Positions 9,227 through 17,339 of a stretch of DNA of 45,813 bases are shown here, one piece after another. The position numbers and the translations under genes were made by a program. Source of the stretch: Desulfovibrio sp. UBA2564 (GTDB lineage Bacteria; Desulfobacterota; Desulfovibrionia; Desulfovibrionales; Desulfovibrionaceae). The DNA lies in the NCBI GenBank assembly GCA_002340305.1, contig DDLU01000046.1, positions 1 to 45,813 on the forward strand. Reading direction: 5' to 3'. The first letter of the stretch is position 1, and the number at the start of each line of letters is the position of its first letter. Below the pieces are notes generated by a model. That model did no database searches. It saw only the letters and a list, made by a program, of their open reading frames with translations, and was not told where the DNA came from.

Positions 9227-10315
9227 TTAACTCTTATATTCCTGCAGCTGCATCTCTCCACGCAGTACAGCCAAACCGCCCCGGCCCATTACTTCCATCT
9301 CTTCCAGCCCGGTAACAACCTGAACCGGAGCAATAAATGAAACCAGATCTGTAAGCTCAGCCACCAGCCGCTTGCTACGCGCAAGACCTCCGGTAAGAAT
9401 AACCGCATCTACAGGTTTCTTCCGCGCATCCCCGCGCATTAAAGCCGGAATGTAGGAGCAGATATGCTTGGCGATGTTGTAGATCAGGGCTTCGAAGATA
9501 AATCTGGCCTCTTTATCGCCGGCATCCATACGTGGTTCTAGCTTACGCAGGTCATTAGTCCCGGTAAGACCGAGCAAACCGCAACCGGAGGTTACAACCT
9601 TCTTCAATTCCGCAAAGGTATACTTACCGGATTCCAAAAGTTCGATAACCGGGAGTATGGGCAAGGTGCCGGAACGCTCCGGGGTGAATGGTCCTTCACC
9701 GTCCAGTCCGTTGATAACATCCACAATTCTTCCGTTGCGATGAGCACCGATGGAACAACCCCCGCCCATATGGCAGACAATGAACTTGGACTCCTCGTAC
9801 ACAATCCCTAACTTTGCAGAGATGCTGCGGGCCGCTCCGCGCTGGCTCAAGGCATGGAAAACACTACGCCGTTTAATTTCAGGCAGCCCGGTAATTTTGG
9901 TCAGCGGTTCCATTTCGTCAGTAACCACCGGGTCCATAATCATAGAAGGCACGGACCATCTAGCTGCCAACTCACGGGCAATCATCGCCCCGAGGTTGCA
10001 AGGATGGGAACCATAACGCTCTTTTTCCAGATCGGAAAGCATGGCATCGTTAATGGAGTATGGACCGCCGGGAATAGGCTTTAGTAAACCTCCGCGCCCG
10101 ACAACCATATCCGGTGTTCCATTGGATAACTCATCTTTAATAAGCTCCATAACAGCTGCACTTCGAAAGTTTTTCTGCCCCAGTACAGTAAAGAATTTAT
10201 CTATATTTTCACGGGGATGACTTACTTCAGCATCAAAACACACTTTTTCATCGTTGAAGATCGCCACTTTGGTTGAAGTTGATCCGGGATTTATTACAAG
10301 AATTCTCGAACCCAT
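9227..10315 (-). CDS. buk: Butyrate (branched-chain carboxylate) kinase
   Basis: ILVINPGSTSTK, VVGRGGLLKP, FHALSQ, HMGGG, DGEGPFTPERSG, LTGGLA. Confidence 0.92.
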   Translation of the reverse strand: MGSRILVINPGSTSTKVAIFNDEKVCFDAEVSHPRENIDKFFTVLGQKNFRSAAVMELIKDELSNGTPDMVVGRGGLLKPIPGGPYSINDAMLSDLEKERYGSHPCNLGAMIARELAARWSVPSMIMDPVVTDEMEPLTKITGLPEIKRRSVFHALSQRGAARSISAKLGIVYEESKFIVCHMGGGCSIGAHRNGRIVDVINGLDGEGPFTPERSGTLPILPVIELLESGKYTFAELKKVVTSGCGLLGLTGTNDLRKLEPRMDAGDKEARFIFEALIYNIAKHICSYIPALMRGDARKKPVDAVILTGGLARSKRLVAELTDLVSFIAPVQVVTGLEEMEVMGRGGLAVLRGEMQLQEYKS

Positions 10316-10495
10316 TCATTTTCTCCGTAATTTTGCTGCAAATTTGAGTTTATGCATTATGTGCTAAAATGGAGAAAAACAAAAGCAACACTCTACGCAC
10401 CCGGACTCCTTGACTAAAATCACGAGAGAGTTACTTTCTAAAATATGATATAATTACAAGTACAGACAACATCTTACTTTCCAAAGGCCAATCAT

Positions 10496-11140
10496 ATGAC
10501 TTTAAAAGTAGTACCAATCAATACCCTGACTGCTACACGCAGAAAAATTCTGCATGCTGCCTACAAATGTGCCGCCAAGACAGGATTCAATAATCTTGAT
10601 GTAGATGAAATCACGCTCAGGGCCGGAGTCAGCCGCAAGGCCTTATACAGCTACTTTAACGGGCTGGAAAATTTGATGAGTGAACTGGCTGTATCCGGAA
10701 TTTACTGGCCCACCACCGAAGAGCTGCTGGCTAATGCGCCCTCCGAGTTCCCGGAAATTGAGCCTGAAAAACAGGTCGCTGCGTTCTTCACCGCCCTGCG
10801 CCGGACTCTGGAGACAAGACCGGATACCTTGCGCTTACTGGCTTGGGAAATGCTGGAACGGACCACGCTTTCGGATTTACTGGAAGATGTGCGGGTGCGT
10901 ACCGCGCTGGAATTTTTTGAACACATGACCCCGGATGTGCCCGATAATGTAGACCTTGCCGCCGCAGTAGCAATCCTCGGCGGGGCCATTTCATATCTCT
11001 CCATCCGCTCGCTGAACACCAAACACTTCGGCGGAGTCAGTCTGCAAGACGAAATCGGCTGGGACCGCATGGAAGCAGCCATGCAGGATATGTTGCGCGG
11101 GTTGCTTTGTCCCTGCCGTGAACCGCAGGAAGAGGAATAA
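10496..11140 (+). CDS. TetR/AcrR family regulator
   Basis: N-terminal HTH (AGVSRKALYSYF); divergent from buk. Confidence 0.85.
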   Translation: MTLKVVPINTLTATRRKILHAAYKCAAKTGFNNLDVDEITLRAGVSRKALYSYFNGLENLMSELAVSGIYWPTTEELLANAPSEFPEIEPEKQVAAFFTALRRTLETRPDTLRLLAWEMLERTTLSDLLEDVRVRTALEFFEHMTPDVPDNVDLAAAVAILGGAISYLSIRSLNTKHFGGVSLQDEIGWDRMEAAMQDMLRGLLCPCREPQEEE

Positions 11141-11201
11141 TTAAGTTTCTGAACGGATTTTCTACGCCAAATTCATATTCATGAGCATAACGCACTTGCC
11201 A

Positions 11202-11501
11202 TTACTTTTTCATCCTGAAAAACATGACCAGCGGAGAAACAACCACCATGGCGACCATGGCAATCTCCGATGAAAGAAACTGCTGCGTTCCGATGCATAC
11301 ACCGAGCACAATCAAGAACCACGGAATCCAGCCTTCCACATAAACCTGTCCCGCAGGTCCGAAGATAAAACATAGCAAAAGGCCTATCCAGAGCACATTC
11401 GGTTTTGATTTGCGAAGCCTCGTGCCCAGAATGAAAGGCAGAACAGTTGCGCCGAGGATAATGACTGCGGTGAGGATTATGTTTAGAGTGGATGCGTCCA
11501 T
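11202..11501 (-). CDS. Small hypothetical membrane protein
   Basis: 99 aa, about 4 hydrophobic segments; AGGAG RBS upstream. Confidence 0.7.
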   Translation of the reverse strand: MDASTLNIILTAVIILGATVLPFILGTRLRKSKPNVLWIGLLLCFIFGPAGQVYVEGWIPWFLIVLGVCIGTQQFLSSEIAMVAMVVVSPLVMFFRMKK

Positions 11502-11575
11502 GGATGGCTCCTATTTGCTGATATGATTGAAGAGGCTAGCAGTTCAGGGCTTGGTGGGCAAGTGAGGGGCTATGC

Positions 11576-11611
11576 AAAAAAAACAGCCCCAATGCGAACG
11601 CACCGGGGCTG
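11576..11611 (-). terminator. Intrinsic terminator after RHS/immunity pair
   Basis: On minus strand CAGCCCC...GGGGCTG followed by T8. Confidence 0.75.
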
Positions 11612-11617
11612 CCAGAA

Positions 11618-12031
11618 TTACTTCAAATCATCCATCAAATCTTCAGGAAACTCATTTTCCTTATCTTTTAATTCGGGGTGACGCTCATAGAAACCGTCGA
11701 TCGGTTCAAGTTCAACATTGCAATCGGGGCATTTGTTATTTTTAGGTGCTCTGCCGTGTTCAACCCCGAATGGGGTCTGGCACTTGGGGCAGATTGTGCC
11801 TTGTTCGGGGTCTTTTTTTGGAAGCTTATATAGTAAGCCTCCAAATATTACACATAGACCAAATCCAGCTCCCAACCACCTTGCCGACAGACTTACCAGC
11901 ATTCCCCACGAGTAAACATCTGCATGTGGATCCCAAGGCCTATCGTAGAGAATCATGAAAAGCCCTATTGCTATCCATACCAGTCTCTCCGGCCTAATAA
12001 ATCTATTTTCTAAAATACTCTTTCGTCCCAT
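11618..12031 (-). CDS. Putative immunity protein: 2 TM segments plus zinc-ribbon
   Basis: Start likely ATG 12031 (GAGGA RBS), overlapping RHS 3' end; hydrophobic segments, CPKC...CPDC; AT-richer than flanks. Confidence 0.6.
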   Translation of the reverse strand: MGRKSILENRFIRPERLVWIAIGLFMILYDRPWDPHADVYSWGMLVSLSARWLGAGFGLCVIFGGLLYKLPKKDPEQGTICPKCQTPFGVEHGRAPKNNKCPDCNVELEPIDGFYERHPELKDKENEFPEDLMDDLK

Positions 12032-14474
12032 TATATATATCCTCAGCATTACTCTGTATCTGATCTCTGCCAGCCCACATCGATCCCAAAGTTCCCCCTA
12101 TCGAATACTTAGGAATACTAGTTGGATCATGAGCTGTAACAAAATCATGTGCTTCTTTTGCAAATCTTTTACCCCCTGATTTTGCCAATCTTTTAAACCC
12201 TGGTATGGATGCAATTTTAGGCACAACCTCAGTCGCCCCTCTCTGCATAAGATTTCGGTAAGCATTAGCCATAGCAGCCCCGCCTCCTGCGGCATAAGCC
12301 GCTGCTGCTTTCGGAGCCATGCCTGCTGCGATCGCTGTATTAAAAGCATTGCGAAAAGCTTTGTTATTCTTATACTGGTTTGCAACTTCCTTGGAAGCTT
12401 TACCTGCCGCATTCAAACCATCCTTAAACGCTTTTTCAGCTGCATCTGAACCTTTTGCCGCAGCTTCCTTAGCACCTGCGGCACTCTTTCCACCGAGCCC
12501 ATCGATGCCTTTCGAAATTTTATTCGCTGAATCCTTCAGACCATCTGCTATTTTACCAAAAGTACCTTTTCCGTCCTTTGCAGCATCTTTTGGGCTCGGC
12601 TGATCGGATTGTGCAGGCGGACTAGGACTGTCGGACTTATCGGGAGCTTGCTCCAACGGGCTAGACATTCTTCCTGATTCACTTCCTTCTCCGCCATCTT
12701 CGGCTCCACCACTTCCTTCACCATCGCCTGATTCTCCAGAACTTCCAGAGTCATTTGAAATTCCTATGCCTCCTCCTGAACCTTTATCATCATCGCCCTC
12801 ACCTTCTCCTTCACCTGAACCGCTTGATCCACCAGAACTACCGGAAGAGTTCAAAAGCCGAACGTTTTTATCTTTCCTATGATCCTCTGGATCATCCCTA
12901 TTGTTATGTCGTTCCCAAAAACCTGTAGTATCTGCAGGGCCAAGTTCTTTACCAATTCTTCCGTCAAAGCTTCTTCGCTTTTCTCCTTCATAGGGAAGTT
13001 CTTGCATCCTTTCAGATCCATTTCGCCCATGCATCAAGAAATAGTCATCATCCCCAAGGAGGAATGATTTCAACCCCATCCGATCCACAAAGTTAACCGG
13101 ATCATCATGGCAGTAACCGTAAACATCCACATCTCCGCCTTCGAGACCGATGGGGTCAGGCTGGATGAACCTGCCGCCGGCGGGGTCGTATTCGCGGTGT
13201 CCGAAATGTACTAGTCCGGTGTCGCGATCGTAGAGACCGGATGCGAAGCCCAACGGGATGTTCATGCGCTCATTGGTATCGACAATTATATTTCCGAACG
13301 AATCACGGATAATCCGCTTTACCTCATTCCCAGCTTCGTTAGCAACCATATAAATGGTACCGACCTGATCGGAAGCAAGGAAATAAACTTCTCCATTTGA
13401 ACGTATTGCAACGGGATCGCCCTCGGCATCGTAAACGAACTCCATACTTCCGCCATCTTCGAACTCAACGACCGCAAGGGTTGTAAAATCATGCCAGCTA
13501 TAGGTTTCCGACACCTTGCCATTAACCGACTTAGCTATGCGCCTGCCCTGCGGATCGATGACGTATGAGATACGTTTGCCATCAGGAAGATTAACCTGCT
13601 CCAGCTGCCCGGAATGATGATATTCGTAAGTGGTTACATCCAAACCATCCTGTTTCATAACCAGACGGCTTTGATCATCATAGGAATACTTAACCTCCCC
13701 GGCCCGAACCAACCGCAACCCCGGACCGTAAGTAAAACGCTGCTGTCCGGTTTGCGGAGTTGAACTGAAGTAGCGCTCCCCCTGCCTGCCGTACTTGTAT
13801 TCCTCAATAAGCCGTTCATCTTTCCATACCGCACAGAGCCTGCCGCCGGCATCGTATTCGTAGTGAACATGATGGTCTTTGGGTTCGAGAGAATAAAGCT
13901 TCTCCACTATGCGTCCGTCTTCATCTCTGGCCGTTGCCAGCACAGAAAACGGCTCTGCGGAACCGGGGACTGCAAACGGAATTACACAGACAGGCTCTTC
14001 GGGGTTGAACTCTACTCCGTCACGCTCAAATTCATCATGTAAATCCTTGCCGGTACCGGATTGCGGTTGTCGCGGCTGCTTGGGGGCAAATTCTTCAAGA
14101 AGAGCTTTGCCGTAGTCTGTTTGAGCCAATTCCTGCGCCAGCGGAAGATCAGGATTCTCACGCAGGAAACGCACATGGGCCAATCGTTTTCGCCATGCGT
14201 AACGTTCCTTCCCAAGCTCCAGCTCTTTATTTTTTTCATCCCAGCGGGCTTTAACTTCCGGCTCCATCATGTCCGGATACATGCGCTCACCGCGCGAGAA
14301 TTCCGAAAAATCGGGACATGAATCAGCCAGCACCATTCCCGTTGACGGGGAATAAACTTCCCACATATTTTCAATCTGCATTTCCGGCGGTTCATTCTCA
14401 CCATACATACGCAAGGCAAGACTCAAGTCCGCCTTGCTCTTGGGCCGCAACCTGAAATCGTTTCTAAAAATCAT
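12003..14474 (-). CDS. Short RHS/YD-repeat protein with polymorphic C-terminal extension
   Basis: YD repeats (YEYDAGGRL, YSYDDQSRL, YDAEGDP), RHS core (GLYDRDTGLVHFGHREYDPAGGRFIQPDPIG...YGYCHDDPVNFVDRMGL), then low-complexity and Ala/Lys-rich tail. Confidence 0.9.
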   Translation of the reverse strand: MIFRNDFRLRPKSKADLSLALRMYGENEPPEMQIENMWEVYSPSTGMVLADSCPDFSEFSRGERMYPDMMEPEVKARWDEKNKELELGKERYAWRKRLAHVRFLRENPDLPLAQELAQTDYGKALLEEFAPKQPRQPQSGTGKDLHDEFERDGVEFNPEEPVCVIPFAVPGSAEPFSVLATARDEDGRIVEKLYSLEPKDHHVHYEYDAGGRLCAVWKDERLIEEYKYGRQGERYFSSTPQTGQQRFTYGPGLRLVRAGEVKYSYDDQSRLVMKQDGLDVTTYEYHHSGQLEQVNLPDGKRISYVIDPQGRRIAKSVNGKVSETYSWHDFTTLAVVEFEDGGSMEFVYDAEGDPVAIRSNGEVYFLASDQVGTIYMVANEAGNEVKRIIRDSFGNIIVDTNERMNIPLGFASGLYDRDTGLVHFGHREYDPAGGRFIQPDPIGLEGGDVDVYGYCHDDPVNFVDRMGLKSFLLGDDDYFLMHGRNGSERMQELPYEGEKRRSFDGRIGKELGPADTTGFWERHNNRDDPEDHRKDKNVRLLNSSGSSGGSSGSGEGEGEGDDDKGSGGGIGISNDSGSSGESGDGEGSGGAEDGGEGSESGRMSSPLEQAPDKSDSPSPPAQSDQPSPKDAAKDGKGTFGKIADGLKDSANKISKGIDGLGGKSAAGAKEAAAKGSDAAEKAFKDGLNAAGKASKEVANQYKNNKAFRNAFNTAIAAGMAPKAAAAYAAGGGAAMANAYRNLMQRGATEVVPKIASIPGFKRLAKSGGKRFAKEAHDFVTAHDPTSIPKYSIGGTLGSMWAGRDQIQSNAEDIYNGTKEYFRK

Positions 14475-14708
14475 AAAAAGTCTCCATTACTTAAGTTGAT
14501 ACAAAATACGCAGAGAAACTTAATTCACTCGTATTGCCTCAATTTCAAAAGCAATGGATACAAAGCAAAACGGACCTGAATCAGGTAACTCAAGTCCATC
14601 TACCAGACTTTTTCGCAGCACTACACAGGGGTAAGATCTTATAAGCTCGAAGACATGCTAACAATTTACTTTACGAACAAATGGCACCTTAATAAACAGT
14701 CCGGCTAT

Positions 14709-14737
14709 TTGACCGCGCAATCAATCCATCCTATAAA
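14709..14737 (+). promoter_or_regulatory. Sigma70-like promoter of second TetR gene
   Basis: TTGACC-17 nt-TATAAA. Confidence 0.55.
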
Positions 14738-14828
14738 ACCGCAAGCAAATAGACTACGATCAGACTTCATCCGGTTCATTCCAAGCTGAAGCCCGAGCGT
14801 GAACCTTTAACGTGCCAGTGAGGGGGCC

Positions 14829-15413
14829 ATGAAAGGTAAGAATAAAAAAGACGCAATCCTATATGCGGCTCAAGAGATATTCGGGCGTTACGGCTATGCC
14901 GGAACAACTGTGAAGATGATTTCTGAACGTGCGGGTGTGGCATTCGGTCTTGTTTCCCACTATTTCGGATCGAAAGAGGAACTCTTCATCACTGCGGGGG
15001 TAGCAATTGTTGAAGACCTTACAGAATACCTGAGTACGGAAACCCGCAAGGCTGAAAGCGGGTTGGAAGGCATTCAAACCTTCATGCGCAGCTACTTGAG
15101 CTATACCCTTCAACACCGCAACACTTTTCCGGTGCTGCTGCGCTGTTCTCCTTTTTCCGATGTTCAGATCGAACTGGACAGGACCCGCATTGCTGTTAAG
15201 TTCCAGCAGCTTTTGAATGTTATCCGCGAATCCGTGGAACGCGGCATTGAAGACGGTTCCATCCGTGGCCTGTCAGTTGATGACACTACAACCATTGTTT
15301 ACTCCAACATCGTCGGTACGGTCAGGACCAGATTTCTTTCTCCCTATGACCTGCCCAATCTTTACGAAGAAACTACCGACTTCGTGGTCCGCAGCATACG
15401 AGCCCGCGACTAG
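14829..15413 (+). CDS. TetR/AcrR family regulator
   Basis: HTH GYAGTTVKMISERAGVAFGLVSHYFGSKEEL. Confidence 0.9.
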   Translation: MKGKNKKDAILYAAQEIFGRYGYAGTTVKMISERAGVAFGLVSHYFGSKEELFITAGVAIVEDLTEYLSTETRKAESGLEGIQTFMRSYLSYTLQHRNTFPVLLRCSPFSDVQIELDRTRIAVKFQQLLNVIRESVERGIEDGSIRGLSVDDTTTIVYSNIVGTVRTRFLSPYDLPNLYEETTDFVVRSIRARD

Positions 15414-15433
15414 ACTTTATATTTCCACATCAA

Positions 15434-15471
15434 GAAAAAGCCGTGCAGCCCTTGGTATGCGCGGCTTTTTC
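15434..15471. terminator. Intrinsic terminator
   Basis: GAAAAAGCCGTGCA...TGCGCGGCTTTTTC hairpin after TetR. Confidence 0.75.
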
Positions 15472-15515
15472 ATTGTCAGCTTGACAGATTTCCTTTCATA
15501 ATCCATCTTGCCTGC

Positions 15516-16151
15516 ATGCATAGTTTTTCTGAAAATAACGCCGCAAAACGCAATACTGTTTTCCCGGCACTATTCCTGTTGGCAACACTGCTCTTCAGCC
15601 TGATGGGTCCTGCTAAAGCTTCCGCCCACCCGCATGTATTTGTGGACTGTTCCCTGACCTTTGAATTCAATGACAACGGTCTTAGCGGTGTGCGCCAGAA
15701 ATGGTGGTTTGATGAAATGTTCGCCGCCATGATTCTCGGCGATTTCGACAAGAACCACGACAACAAGCTCAGCGCGGATGAAGCAAAAGCCCTTGAAAAC
15801 GGTGCTTTTGTGAACCTCAAAAACTTCAATTACTTCACCCGTATTCTTGTAGATGGAAAAGAAAGTAACCCTATTGAAGCCGTTGAGTTTAAACCTTCCA
15901 TTGAAGAAGGCACTCTCGTTTACGAATTTTTAGTACCGCTGAACATAGCCGACAAAGCCAAACATGTCGTTATGGTCGCCATCTACGATGAGAGTTTCTA
16001 CACTGCGGTCCAGATGGCCCCGCAAAACAAAGTGCTCGGCCTGACCGGTAAATACAAAACTAATCTTGAACTGGAGCCTGTAGCCGAAATGGCTTACTTT
16101 TTCGATCAGATTGTTCCCGAAGCAGCGGTCCTGACCATGCAGCCCAAATAG
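15516..16151 (+). CDS. DUF1007-family periplasmic protein (metal-uptake associated)
   Basis: Signal peptide ending ASA-HPHVF; WWFDEMF; EF-hand-like DKNHDNKLSADE; upstream of RcnA-like permease. Confidence 0.85.
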   Translation: MHSFSENNAAKRNTVFPALFLLATLLFSLMGPAKASAHPHVFVDCSLTFEFNDNGLSGVRQKWWFDEMFAAMILGDFDKNHDNKLSADEAKALENGAFVNLKNFNYFTRILVDGKESNPIEAVEFKPSIEEGTLVYEFLVPLNIADKAKHVVMVAIYDESFYTAVQMAPQNKVLGLTGKYKTNLELEPVAEMAYFFDQIVPEAAVLTMQPK

Positions 16152-16158
16152 CGATATT

Positions 16159-17202
16159 ATGAAAAAAACATCCACCATTCTTGCTCTGATATTGACTTTT
16201 ATTTTCGCATTCTCTGCTACAACGCATGCACAGCAGAATAATCCTTTTCTTGCACCCAAAAAGCAGGAAGCCAGACAAACAAAAAACGTACAGCAACCAG
16301 CCGCATCGCCATTCGGTGTGGCAACCCCTGCGACTTCTCCATTCGGTAATTCTGCCCCAAAGACATCTCCTTTCGGCACTTCCGCCCCGGTTCCCGCAGC
16401 AAAGACAATCCAGAAAGACTGGACCGGAGGAATCTACAGCAAGGTAATGTTCAAAATCACCATGCTGCAAAAACAAATCAGGGCCAGGCTGACCGGATTT
16501 GCCCGTGACATCAAGAAGAATCCCTTTGGCAAATCATTATGGATGTTCCTGTGTTTTGCCTTCATGTACGGGATTGTCCATGCAGTTGGTCCGGGACACG
16601 GAAAATCCGTGGTCTGCGCCTATTTCATATCGCGCGGAGGCTCCATGTTTGCAGCCTCATTCATGTCCTGGGTGATCACTCTTGTGCATGTCGGATCAGC
16701 TACCGTGGCTGTATGCCTTGCATATCTGTTCCTTGAAAACGGCATGTCCGGTTTCGAAACCTTTAACCGCCATCTGCAAACTGCGAGCTATGGTCTGGTC
16801 GCCCTGATCGGCCTGTGGCTGGTTATAGAAGCTCTGCGTTCATTCAAGCGCAATGACCGCGAGGAATGCGAAATCCAGAGTCGTGGTTCATTAAAAGAAA
16901 TTGCCACTGTTGCCTTTGTAACAGGCATTGTACCCTGTCCGGGAGCGGCAATCATTCTGGTCTACACCCTTTCCACCGGTATTCTGGGTGCAGGACTGGC
17001 AGCCATGGTTTTTCTGGCAACCGGTATGGCGGTCACAACTTCAGTATTTGCCCTCGTAGCTGCCAAGGCCCGCAACGCCATGGACAACACTCCTTTTGCC
17101 AAACGTTTACGCATTGCCTATTCCGTGCTCTCGCTTATCGGTGCATCTGTAATTGTCTGCTTCGGACTACTGATGCTCTCTGCCCACATTTCCGCAGTTT
17201 AA
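16159..17202 (+). CDS. Nickel/cobalt transporter (RcnA/NicO-like)
   Basis: YGIVHAVGPGHGKSV and GIVPCPGA motifs, about 6 TM; N-terminal SPFG repeats. Confidence 0.85.
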   Translation: MKKTSTILALILTFIFAFSATTHAQQNNPFLAPKKQEARQTKNVQQPAASPFGVATPATSPFGNSAPKTSPFGTSAPVPAAKTIQKDWTGGIYSKVMFKITMLQKQIRARLTGFARDIKKNPFGKSLWMFLCFAFMYGIVHAVGPGHGKSVVCAYFISRGGSMFAASFMSWVITLVHVGSATVAVCLAYLFLENGMSGFETFNRHLQTASYGLVALIGLWLVIEALRSFKRNDREECEIQSRGSLKEIATVAFVTGIVPCPGAAIILVYTLSTGILGAGLAAMVFLATGMAVTTSVFALVAAKARNAMDNTPFAKRLRIAYSVLSLIGASVIVCFGLLMLSAHISAV

Positions 17203-17339
17203 AGTTGTAAAGATTATTAAATACGTCCATGACAGATTCTCGCAATAATGCTATCTATAATAACCAGCCCTTCTGGCGGAGCTGCACACAGGATTTCAAA
17301 ATGAAATTGAAATAAATTGAAGTTACCGGAGAATTTCGA

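Noticed and set aside
14540-14620. Possible c-di-GMP-I riboswitch (GGATACAAAGC resembles the GCAAAGC junction)
   Set aside because: No GGCAAAC/GAAA tetraloop stem or matching second hairpin
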